From IMG/VR virus record IMGVR_UViG_3300009964_000006: a stretch of DNA of 53,905 bases, one strand, 5' to 3'. This document shows, one piece after another, positions 1-7,966 of the stretch (the first letter of the stretch is position 1; every line of letters begins with the position of its first letter). The translations under genes and the position numbers were made by a program. The DNA comes from a virus. The notes below the pieces were generated by a model. The model made no database searches and was not told where the DNA came from. It saw only the letters and a program-made list of their open reading frames with translations.

Positions 1-1982
1 CCTTTTTCATCAAGCCAAACACCAAAGCCGTTAATGGTGCGTTCAAATCCCAATGTCTGGATAGCCTTCAGCAAAGCATTGCCCTCGCCATCAATACCAG
101 CCCCATTGTTAAATGCAACACCCTTTATAAACGTAATCAGTTCCTGTGCTGTGTCGGGGGTTAATTTGCTAAGAAAGCGTATATCGGTATAATTCTTTAT
201 AAGTTCAGTTACTTGTGCCGCATTTAAGCCTCCACCACCACTAAAATTGCCCGATAGGATATTGTTTACATCTTCCTTTAATTGCGAGATAGTGCCTTTT
301 ACGGCTTGGTTTCCAACAACTATCTCTTGTATAATCGGATAATCCAGCTTTGTAATGAGCTTTAAAATGCGTGTATTTAATTCATATCCGTTGCCATCGT
401 TGAATATAACCTTTTGTCCTATATACAAATTAGGATTGCTCTTTGCAAACTCTACAGCGTTAGAATGAAAGGAGTAGTTATTGTTGTCCTGTGTACGTCT
501 GTTTATCTCCTTTATGGTGCGTGCCGCCAATTCTTCTTGTGCTGCTTTTGTTTCATTCTCTCCCATAACTATATTGAAGAGAACAACAATATTGCAAGTG
601 TAATCGGGCTTATTCTTACCACGTGGATAAAGACCCTCGTTTTCGTTGGTAGGAATAATAATATCTCCGCTTTGATATTTCACAATCTCATACTCTCCTG
701 AAGATGCTGAAACATCTTTGTGGTATCGCAGTTCAAACCCATCTTGTCCGTTTGGCTGACCTACTAAACTTTGTGTAAGCGCATCGTATTTCCCATCAGT
801 AGTATGAGTATTGACCTTAAAGAAACCTTTTAAAGTGTGTCCTTGCAGTACTTGCTTCTTTACGTCTAACTCGTAGCTATACCAATAGTGAGTAACTATA
901 TTTCCTTGCTCGTCTTTATCGTTAGTGATGTTTACGAGTGTCTTTGTATTGTCTTTTATAGTAGTGGGATAGGCGAGGCTTATATACCAAATAGTATACG
1001 TCTTCTCCTTTCCATTGCTATCCAATTCTACCTTGTTAGTTTGGCTGTTCTTTAATTTCTTTACCACCTGACGGACATTATACACGTATAAATCAATATG
1101 CGGATAAACATCATCAAAGGAGAGAGCCAGCGTTTGCTTAATAGCCTTAGATGCTTCAAACTTTGCTTTAGTGGTTATCTTTCCATTCTCATCAATATAT
1201 ATATGTCCATCGGGGTAAATGGTTTTATCCAATCCTATTCTTGCAAGCGTAGCATAGTTACCCGTTCCAACCAATGCTTTACGAGACATATTCTTTGTTG
1301 AGCCTTGCGGATAGAAACAGTTATAGTAATTCTCTTTACTCTCACTGATAGACGGATATTGTATGTTGTCGTGCGCTTTTAGAATTGGCACATTCTCTCC
1401 CAGATTAATACTTACTTGTCCAAAGTATAATGTTCTATGCTTCCACGATAAATGCCACTCACACGGATTATTCTTACAGCCTTGAGCAATAGAAGAGAGT
1501 ACCGAAAGTATATCATTCGCTGACACAGAGAATGAAACAGACGCATCAACGTTACCGCAAAGAGTATAAGTAAATTTATTCTCCGTTATTCCTAACGCTT
1601 CATTGATTGCATCGCAAGCCTTTTGCAAAGCATTTGTCGTTAATCCATCGTACGACCATTCCTGTTGCTTAATAGGATTCTTATCCGCATCTGTGGTATC
1701 ATAGAGAAATGGCACACGGCTAAGCCACATCAAAGGGTGCTGAAACTCTGGAGTGTATTTGAAAGCCGTTGCATCTTCATTTGGCGTATACGGGTCTAAT
1801 AAGCGATATTTAATACCATCATCAAAAGGAACTATATACGCACCTACTGGCAAAGTAATCTTAATATCACTTTGCCACGATAAACGTATTAAGTTAGATT
1901 TACCTAACTCTTCCTCGTGTTCGGCACTCTCTGTCAAAGATGCTTCAAATATTTTACTATCGTTGATGTCGTATATTACCAT
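1..1982 (-). CDS. Large tail-tip/baseplate (Tal-like) protein, N-terminal 660 codons; continues across the circular junction into 52680..53778 (about 1026 aa in total)
   Basis: My translation of the minus strand from ATG 1982 (MVIYDINDSKIFEASLTESAEHEEELGKSN...) stays open to position 1. It is in frame with track ORF 52680..53852 through the 127-bp overlap ((1982-74) is divisible by 3). It is missing from the ORF track because no stop lies at this window edge. It follows the TMP and Dit-like genes. Confidence 0.85.
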   Translation of the reverse strand, partial: MVIYDINDSKIFEASLTESAEHEEELGKSNLIRLSWQSDIKITLPVGAYIVPFDDGIKYRLLDPYTPNEDATAFKYTPEFQHPLMWLSRVPFLYDTTDADKNPIKQQEWSYDGLTTNALQKACDAINEALGITENKFTYTLCGNVDASVSFSVSANDILSVLSSIAQGCKNNPCEWHLSWKHRTLYFGQVSINLGENVPILKAHDNIQYPSISESKENYYNCFYPQGSTKNMSRKALVGTGNYATLARIGLDKTIYPDGHIYIDENGKITTKAKFEASKAIKQTLALSFDDVYPHIDLYVYNVRQVVKKLKNSQTNKVELDSNGKEKTYTIWYISLAYPTTIKDNTKTLVNITNDKDEQGNIVTHYWYSYELDVKKQVLQGHTLKGFFKVNTHTTDGKYDALTQSLVGQPNGQDGFELRYHKDVSASSGEYEIVKYQSGDIIIPTNENEGLYPRGKNKPDYTCNIVVLFNIVMGENETKAAQEELAARTIKEINRRTQDNNNYSFHSNAVEFAKSNPNLYIGQKVIFNDGNGYELNTRILKLITKLDYPIIQEIVVGNQAVKGTISQLKEDVNNILSGNFSGGGGLNAAQVTELIKNYTDIRFLSKLTPDTAQELITFIKGVAFNNGAGIDGEGNALLKAIQTLGFERTINGFGVWLDEK

Positions 1983-2081
1983 ACGTGCAAAGATAGTAAG
2001 CGAGTGTTTTTATAAAGTATTAGAAAAAAACAGAAAAGCCACAACGTTTAAATTGTGGCTTAATTGTTGGATTGGGTTCGC

Positions 2082-2402
2082 TTACCGAACGAATCCAGGC
2101 ACGCTAACGATGAACCCCTTGTCGTTTCGCTTACACTCTGTGTGTCCTGTTGCGGGGGCAACGCAATCGGTTCTGCCTTGTGCCTTTGCTGCCGTCAGCA
2201 CTAATGCTGACACGATATACAGCGTGTTGTTGGCTGGCTCGGGCAATCCTGTAACTTGCCCAAATTCTTGTTCACACACGCCGTTCTCATCGAACTTGCT
2301 AAATGTTGCGCTAACTCTTGCCAGTCCCTCGCTGGCATACTCTCTACCATCATTCAATGTGATGGTGTGTGGGGTGTAATTCTTAAATGTTGTCATAATC
2401 AT
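2082..2402 (-). CDS. Hypothetical protein (106 aa)
   Basis: Track ORF 2082..2429 trimmed to ATG 2402 (MIMTTFKNYTPHTITLNDGREY...). The first track codons are just the translation of the hairpin at 2412..2428. Confidence 0.6.
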   Translation of the reverse strand: MIMTTFKNYTPHTITLNDGREYASEGLARVSATFSKFDENGVCEQEFGQVTGLPEPANNTLYIVSALVLTAAKAQGRTDCVAPATGHTECKRNDKGFIVSVPGFVR

Positions 2403-2411
2403 TAATTTGTA

Positions 2412-2436
2412 TGGGGTGGTTAGCCCCACGTTACCT
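2412..2436 (-). promoter_or_regulatory. Intercistronic RNA hairpin element, copy 1 (mRNA sense AGGTAACG-TGGGG-CTAACCA-CCCCA)
   Basis: 5-bp stem 2412..2416/2424..2428, 7-nt loop, conserved 8-mer 2429..2436. Same loop and 8-mer as 24246..24273, with a different (covarying) stem. Confidence 0.5.
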
Positions 2437-2881
2437 ATTTTAATTTATTTTCTAAATCTGATATTCTTTTGTAAAAGCCAGCTGTATGTGGTGATGTACC
2501 TAATTTTAGCACTGTGTAATCATAATGATGTAAATACTCGTGCAGTAATGTGGCTGCCATCTGCTTAATTGAAACTACTTGTTTCTTTATAGCAGTGATA
2601 TTATACAATGTTATTACTTGCAATGCAGGCGTATAAGTGCCTAAAGTCTTACGCCTCAACGTACCACGATAACCAGTGCTATGTGGTTGAGCACGATTTA
2701 CTACCCTTACAACTGGTACAGGTACTTTGAATCGTTCAGAAAGATAAGCACAAAGCATTTGTGCTTTCTTTTGGCGGTCTACAATGCTTTCAGTAGCTGA
2801 CAATACCGCCTTATATTCTTTGTGAGAGAGGCGGCTTAATTTTACCGCCTCAATCTTATTTGATTTCTCGTATGCGTTCAT
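2435..2881 (-). CDS. SprT/DUF45-like putative zinc metallopeptidase-motif protein
   Basis: 148-aa ORF with an HExxH motif (LLHEYLHHYD) followed by SPHTAGFYKRI, a pattern typical of SprT/WLM/DUF45-type minimal metalloproteases. Assigned from the motif only. Confidence 0.5.
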   Translation of the reverse strand: MNAYEKSNKIEAVKLSRLSHKEYKAVLSATESIVDRQKKAQMLCAYLSERFKVPVPVVRVVNRAQPHSTGYRGTLRRKTLGTYTPALQVITLYNITAIKKQVVSIKQMAATLLHEYLHHYDYTVLKLGTSPHTAGFYKRISDLENKLK

Positions 2882-2884
2882 AAC

Positions 2885-3211
2885 TTATGCTATTCTAACT
2901 AAGTTCGCTTTTTTGAAACAACGCCATTCGTCTTTTTCAGTGTCAAAGTACACTTGACAAGTGTCTGCTGTCTTTTTCTCGCCCTTTGTTGTAGGTATTC
3001 TATCACTCATAAGAGTGCCGTAGGCTTCACGCAAGCTGCCGTCTACCTTTTGAAAGTAGAACTTTACAACTCGCTTGCTAAGGGCTGCTTTTAGCTTAAT
3101 GTTTGCCCAAGCGCACTTTAACGCTTCTGATAATGTATAACCATTCTTGCGTACGAACTGCCAAGCAAGACTCATTACCTCTCTCATCGTGTTCTTTAAT
3201 GTTGTACTCAT
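2885..3211 (-). CDS. DUF2693-like phage protein
   Basis: 108-aa ORF. The C-terminal pattern FQKVDGSLREAYGTL...YFDTEKDEWRCFKKANL matches my memory of the Bacteroides phage-associated DUF2693 family. Confidence 0.5.
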   Translation of the reverse strand: MSTTLKNTMREVMSLAWQFVRKNGYTLSEALKCAWANIKLKAALSKRVVKFYFQKVDGSLREAYGTLMSDRIPTTKGEKKTADTCQVYFDTEKDEWRCFKKANLVRIA

Positions 3212-3258
3212 AATCTTTATAGTTTAATAGTTTTATACTTTGTTTCTTAATCACAATG

Positions 3259-3266
3259 CAAAGATA
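3259..3266 (-). promoter_or_regulatory. Bacteroidota -7 promoter box (TATCTTTG on the minus strand) for the 3211..2082 genes
   Basis: Plus-strand CAAAGATA is the reverse complement of the TAnnTTTG consensus, 48 nt upstream of ATG 3211. Confidence 0.5.
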
Positions 3267-3275
3267 TACATATTT

Positions 3276-3346
3276 GCGAACACTTACAAGAGGATGACAA
3301 CAAAATATTCGCATATTAGCGAACTTTAACAAATAAAGGTGTTCGC
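3276..3346. promoter_or_regulatory. Candidate operator set: GCGAACAC (3276..3283), GCGAAC (3319..3324), GTGTTCGC (3339..3346)
   Basis: 8-bp inverted repeat plus a third half-site in the divergent intergenic region upstream of the XRE regulator gene. Confidence 0.35.
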
Positions 3347-3410
3347 ATTTATGTATATTAAATGTTGTTAAGATTTGAAACGTATTTTTCGCACCTATGT
3401 ATATATTTTA

Positions 3411-3418
3411 TATATTTG
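3411..3418 (+). promoter_or_regulatory. Bacteroidota -7 promoter box TATATTTG upstream of the XRE gene
   Basis: Exact TAnnTTTG match only 4 nt before ATG 3423. This would give a near-leaderless mRNA, so the assignment is tentative. Confidence 0.35.
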
Positions 3419-3422
3419 TACT

Positions 3423-3695
3423 ATGAAACAAGATATAAGAATAAAAGAAATTTGCAAAGAGAAAGGTATCACATTAGAAGATTTAGCTAAAAGGTTAGGT
3501 ATTCTTCGCACATCGCTTTCTCAAGCGTTATCACGTAATAGCTTCAGCACGGATAAACTAAGTGATATTGCCAATGCTCTCAATGTCCCTATGTGGCAGT
3601 TGTTCGCATCGCCAGAGGAGGTGCAAAAGGAAAACAACAACATTGTTTGTCCCCATTGTGGGAATCCTATCAAAGTAACCATAATAAAGGAATGA
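3423..3695 (+). CDS. XRE-family helix-turn-helix regulator with a C-terminal CxxC tail
   Basis: MKQDIRIKEICKEKGITLEDLAKRLGILRTSLSQALSRN is a classic HTH_3 pattern. The C-terminus carries CPHCG. The stop overlaps the next ATG (ATGA at 3692..3695). Confidence 0.75.
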   Translation: MKQDIRIKEICKEKGITLEDLAKRLGILRTSLSQALSRNSFSTDKLSDIANALNVPMWQLFASPEEVQKENNNIVCPHCGNPIKVTIIKE

Positions 3696-5152
3696 AGTTT
3701 AATCACTACACATGGGACTTGTATAAACAAACCGATGTCGGCAAGAAAGCTATTAGTTTATTTGAAAACGCTGCCCATGATATATCTATATATGAACTTG
3801 TTTCCAAATATAATCCCATGGAGGCAAGGTTTTCAGATAAAGACAGTATGGAAGATTGTTGTGAACTTCTATGGGAACTTGCAATCAAGAAGATGCTATT
3901 GCCAACCAATATAGATGATGCACGAAATCTATACGAGCAAATAATAGATGGAGCGATATTGTTTGATGATGGAGAACCTTTTATAGAAAAAGCGGACTAT
4001 AAAACATATCTCATGGCTAATATGGATATATCTTTCATGTTGTTTTTCAAGGCTCCAGAGTATTTCTTTCCTAATATATTCCGATACCATTTCTTTGACC
4101 TTATAAAAGTATTTGATATATTTGACATAGAATTGCCATTACCACCTAAAAAGAGTAATTATAGGGCACGGTGTATGTATTATTGGGAACTATGCGAGAT
4201 ACTATATTCTTTTCGTAAAGAAAATGGACTATCTCCGTATGAGCTATGCGCTATGCTTTATGACTTTGGTCAAGGGCTTACAAAGAATATTCCAACAGAA
4301 TTGCCGAAACCATCTAAGGCTTGGTTTATTGGCGGTAAGATTATGCCAATAGAAGATTTGGATTTTACATTTTGGCAAGCTAATGAGGATACTATGCGAG
4401 GAGATATTCTCATACACTACGAAACCTCTCCTATATGTGCAATAACATGTATGTGGATAGCCCAAATAGATGGTGTTATAGACCCGTTCTTTTATTACTA
4501 TGCTAACACATACATAGGAAGTAGAATAAAGCTACCACATGTAACTTTGCAGGAATTAAAGAACGATGAATACTTTTCTTCTCATCCACTTGTCAGGAAA
4601 AACTTTCAAGGAGTAAATGGATGGGAAATAAGTAATAGGGATTATCAAGAGTTTTTGCGAATAATACAGACAAAAAAGTACGATACAAGTAAATTACCAG
4701 TCTTATATGCACCTAAAATAGCTTGTACAAATATAAAATTAGAGAAAGATGTAGAAGAACATTTATTAATACCTTTACTTGATAGTATGGGTATGACAGA
4801 CTACATGCGACAAGTTCCATTACGGGCTGGATGCGGTGAAAGAATATATCCTGATTTTGCGGTGCATTGTACAAAAACAGATAATGGCTACATTGCCAAA
4901 GTACTTATAGAAGCAAAACTTTCCATGCGCAACAAAAAAGAAGTGTATGCAGCATTTCAACAAGCTAATTCTTACGCACATTTGTTAGAAGCACCTATTA
5001 TAATTCTCTGTGATAAGGAAATGCTTCTTGTTTATACAAATGAAAATGGATTTAATAGGAATAGATACAAGAGATTCTTTTGGGAGGATATGGAAAATCC
5101 AGATAGTTTTAACGAACTAAGACAAATAATTAAACTGAAATCTCAAATGTAA
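3692..5152 (+). CDS. 486-aa protein with a C-terminal PD-(D/E)xK nuclease module (HSDR_N/Mrr-like) and a possible central PUA/EVE-like module; candidate defence nuclease
   Basis: The ATG at 3692 is translationally coupled to the XRE gene. Motif YPDFAV...(x17)...LIEAK...QQANSYA lies at about 4847..4960. The central segment WFIGGK...RGDILIHYETSPICAITCMWIAQ resembles an EVE/ASCH-type beta-barrel (weak, by eye). Confidence 0.65.
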   Translation: MKFNHYTWDLYKQTDVGKKAISLFENAAHDISIYELVSKYNPMEARFSDKDSMEDCCELLWELAIKKMLLPTNIDDARNLYEQIIDGAILFDDGEPFIEKADYKTYLMANMDISFMLFFKAPEYFFPNIFRYHFFDLIKVFDIFDIELPLPPKKSNYRARCMYYWELCEILYSFRKENGLSPYELCAMLYDFGQGLTKNIPTELPKPSKAWFIGGKIMPIEDLDFTFWQANEDTMRGDILIHYETSPICAITCMWIAQIDGVIDPFFYYYANTYIGSRIKLPHVTLQELKNDEYFSSHPLVRKNFQGVNGWEISNRDYQEFLRIIQTKKYDTSKLPVLYAPKIACTNIKLEKDVEEHLLIPLLDSMGMTDYMRQVPLRAGCGERIYPDFAVHCTKTDNGYIAKVLIEAKLSMRNKKEVYAAFQQANSYAHLLEAPIIILCDKEMLLVYTNENGFNRNRYKRFFWEDMENPDSFNELRQIIKLKSQM

Positions 5153-5366
5153 TCAAATGTTAAAAATCAACATCTTTATAAAGTAGACATTGATATCAGC
5201 ATTAACATCAACATTAACACCTTCCACTTTAATAAATATATTATATAATAAATATAATAATTAATAATTATACATTATAATTTACATTCAAAATACATTT
5301 TTGAATGCTATCTATCTCTTTTAAAACATATTTTTCATTTTTCTTGCCTTTGTCAATGATTATGTT

Positions 5367-5374
5367 TACTTTTG
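5367..5374 (+). promoter_or_regulatory. Bacteroidota -7 promoter box TACTTTTG
   Basis: TAnnTTTG match 30 nt upstream of ATG 5405, after a 250-nt AT-rich spacer. Confidence 0.5.
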
Positions 5375-5404
5375 CAGGAAACAATAATTAAAAACGATAA
5401 AATT

Positions 5405-5956
5405 ATGAAAAAGTATTTTATTGCATTGTTCGTCTTACTTGTATCTATACCATCTTTGTGTCAGGATTATACAGAGTTTATGGGTATAAGTATGAATAAT
5501 AATCGTTTTCCCTTTGTAAAAACACTGGAAAGGTTGGGATTTTTTCTTGACAATCTTGATATTTCTGAACCTAACATAACGGCTGTTATATATAGAGGTA
5601 AATATTTAGGGTTAAATAGTAGTGTTTTTATAAGGGATAATACTGCAAAAAACAAAGTCGAATATATATCCGTTTCAATAGATGTCAAAGCAAACGATAC
5701 AATATCATCAAGACGGAATTATATTAAGGCGTATGAGTTCCTATCAAACAAGTATGATTGGGTAGATGCGCGCTTTTCTAAAGAAATAGGAGAGCCTTTC
5801 TTTGCGTATCAATTAAAGATGTTGTTCGATGATAGAATATTATTGATGTATGTTAAGAATATAAATGAGTTTAATGGAGACGTGAAATATATTCCTACGA
5901 TTATTTTTCGTCCCTTACCGCTTGGAATATCAAGAAGCAAAGAAGATTGTAAATAA
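5405..5956 (+). CDS. Secreted protein or lipoprotein (accessory gene)
   Basis: MKKYFIALFVLLVSIPSLCQ is a signal peptide with a lipobox-like SLC. It has its own promoter box and terminator, and its orientation is opposite to the flanking tail genes. Confidence 0.7.
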   Translation: MKKYFIALFVLLVSIPSLCQDYTEFMGISMNNNRFPFVKTLERLGFFLDNLDISEPNITAVIYRGKYLGLNSSVFIRDNTAKNKVEYISVSIDVKANDTISSRRNYIKAYEFLSNKYDWVDARFSKEIGEPFFAYQLKMLFDDRILLMYVKNINEFNGDVKYIPTIIFRPLPLGISRSKEDCK

Positions 5957-5957
5957 A

Positions 5958-5986
5958 GGGTAGCCGTTAAGCTACCCTATTTTTAT
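5958..5986. terminator. Bidirectional rho-independent terminator
   Basis: Stem GGGTAGC/GCTACCC (5958..5964 / 5971..5977), followed by a T-run on the plus strand and preceded by an A-run. Confidence 0.7.
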
Positions 5987-6399
5987 ATTCTATTTGTCGG
6001 GTTCGGTTCTATGAAAGCAAGTCCGAGTTTTGCAAAGGTTCGCTCCGTGTTCCTTGCAAATGTGCAACTTTTCCCCGTGTATTTCAGATGATACACATCG
6101 GGGCTATCATCGGGAACTTGTATAGATACATCGCCTTTGCGCAATTCTTCTACAAATGCCCTATTTTTTGTGTTGAAGTCGCTTGTATCGCTCCCCTCCA
6201 TAGTGAAATTAAGCGTTAAGTTTCTTTCATTTACTTTAGGTATAACATTAGCATACTGCACGCCATCTTTTAGTCGGTCGTTATTGGTTATATATTCTTT
6301 CAGCGGATAATATCCATTGATGGTGTCCAAAAAGCTATCTCCCATGCGAACGCCCCACGTCCTTAATGCATCTTTTCCGTTTATCAATAAATCTGCCAT
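5983..6399 (-). CDS. Small distal tail protein (Dit-like)
   Basis: 138-aa ORF directly after the tape measure gene (3-nt gap). N-terminus MADLLINGKDALRTWGV is typical of Dit-type proteins. Called from position and motif. Confidence 0.55.
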   Translation of the reverse strand: MADLLINGKDALRTWGVRMGDSFLDTINGYYPLKEYITNNDRLKDGVQYANVIPKVNERNLTLNFTMEGSDTSDFNTKNRAFVEELRKGDVSIQVPDDSPDVYHLKYTGKSCTFARNTERTFAKLGLAFIEPNPTNRI

Positions 6400-6401
6400 A
6401 A

Positions 6402-7966
6402 TTACATATCTTTAATTTTCCTTTTAATGTCTGAAACATCATTACTCATTACTTTTATAAACTTATTCATCGAAGTAGTATCATCGTGAATGCCTTGCAG
6501 TTCCAAATAAGAATTGGCAAGTATCGTCCTCGTTTCGTCAGCGATAGACTTCTGGTCGAAAGATGACAACTGTATCACTTTCATTGATACATCTAAGGAG
6601 CTTAATTTAGATGACAAAATATCTTTTATTTGGTCTCTCGATATATTCCCTGCCGTTGTGAGTGCGATAATGTTAGTTGCCTGCTCATAGGTAATAGACG
6701 AAACTCCGTTTGCTGTGGCTTTCTGTGCGGCATTTTCATCTGAATAGCCCATATAAGATGCGAGGTTGTCTGTTTTCTTTTTAAGTTCCTCCATCTTTTT
6801 AGAATATTCGGACTTGTAAGCCTCATAATCCGACTGCGACATATCGCCATCAGATAGTTTCTTTGCCCATTTGTTCTGAAAATCTTTTAACCACTTGTCA
6901 AAATCATCGTTTAATACACTTCTGTTTACCAAAGACTTAAACAACATCTTTGCAAAATTGTTACTCCAGTCCTCTGCATCAGCATTCATATCCATTAGGG
7001 TATCCAAAAAAGAACTTCTAAGACTGTCGAACGATGTCTGTGTGAGATTGTTCTTTATTTGTTCGGTGAGTTTCTCTGTCTTTCCTGCCTGCTCTACTAC
7101 TGCGTCCCAATATTCTTTCTTATCATACTTACCTACTTCGGTGAGATATTTCCACAAGTTAGGAGCAAAATCTCTTATCGCTTTGAGCTGTTCAGGGGAT
7201 AGACTATAAATGGAACTAAGTCCCGTTATATTTGCGCTGTCCACCCCTGCTGCAGCAAAAGCACGTTGAGCATCTTCATTATAAGACGCTATCTTGCTGT
7301 CGCTTGCGTATGAGTTGTTTGAATGATGTGCGGAATGATAACCCATTTGCTTTTTGAGAATCTCCATACTATTGGCATTTATCTCTTTTTGTGCTTTGAG
7401 TGCCGTTTCGTATGCATTGACAGCCTTATTTCCTGCCGAGTTTCCTATTCTTTCAGAAAGGCTATCTATCCGTTTTCCTAACTCTTCATTAGACTTTGTC
7501 AGCCTTTCGGTTGTCCTTGCGACTTCCTTTTCGTTGCCGCCACCGATGCCAAGCATAGAACCAAAAGACTTAATGGCTGAAATTCCTTTGAGAGCTGCAC
7601 CGATATAATTGCCACTTGCAAAGTCTCCTGCTGCTCCTGCCGCACTGTTGAACGCATCGAGACCTTTGGAAACCTTATCCCCAGCCTTACCAAGACCGAT
7701 TGAGCCGAGTAGGTCGGGAAGTTGGTCTATGCCCTTGTCTTCAATGAACTCTTGCTTGCCATAAAACCAATTAGCAATCTTCTGTGCTGGCTTCTCCTTT
7801 GCTCCGTCTTCTGCCTGCTTCGCTTTGTTCGTTGCCGTTATGGTATTCTTCCTTGCTTCGGCAAGTTTAGCTTCAGCAACAGCCAATTTTTGAAGTATGG
7901 GAGACATAGATTTGAACTTCTCATCTGTAAGGTCAATTTTACCATTTAGCGAAGATGTGGAAATTT
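6402..7966 (-). pseudogene. Tape measure protein, C-terminal fragment (518 codons), separated from its N-terminal part by an IS
   Basis: Track ORF 6402..7907 extends in frame upstream (TSSLNGKIDLTDEKFKS) to the IS junction. It is coiled-coil and Gly-rich. Confidence 0.85.
7959..7966. repeat. Target-site duplication GGAAATTT (left copy)
   Basis: Identical 8-mer at 9088..9095, directly abutting both IS termini. Confidence 0.9.

Noticed and set aside
3593-3691. 33-codon N-terminal extension of the nuclease-domain ORF overlapping the XRE gene
   Set aside because: It starts at a non-ATG codon inside the HTH gene. The ATGA overlap at 3692..3695 is the typical coupled start.
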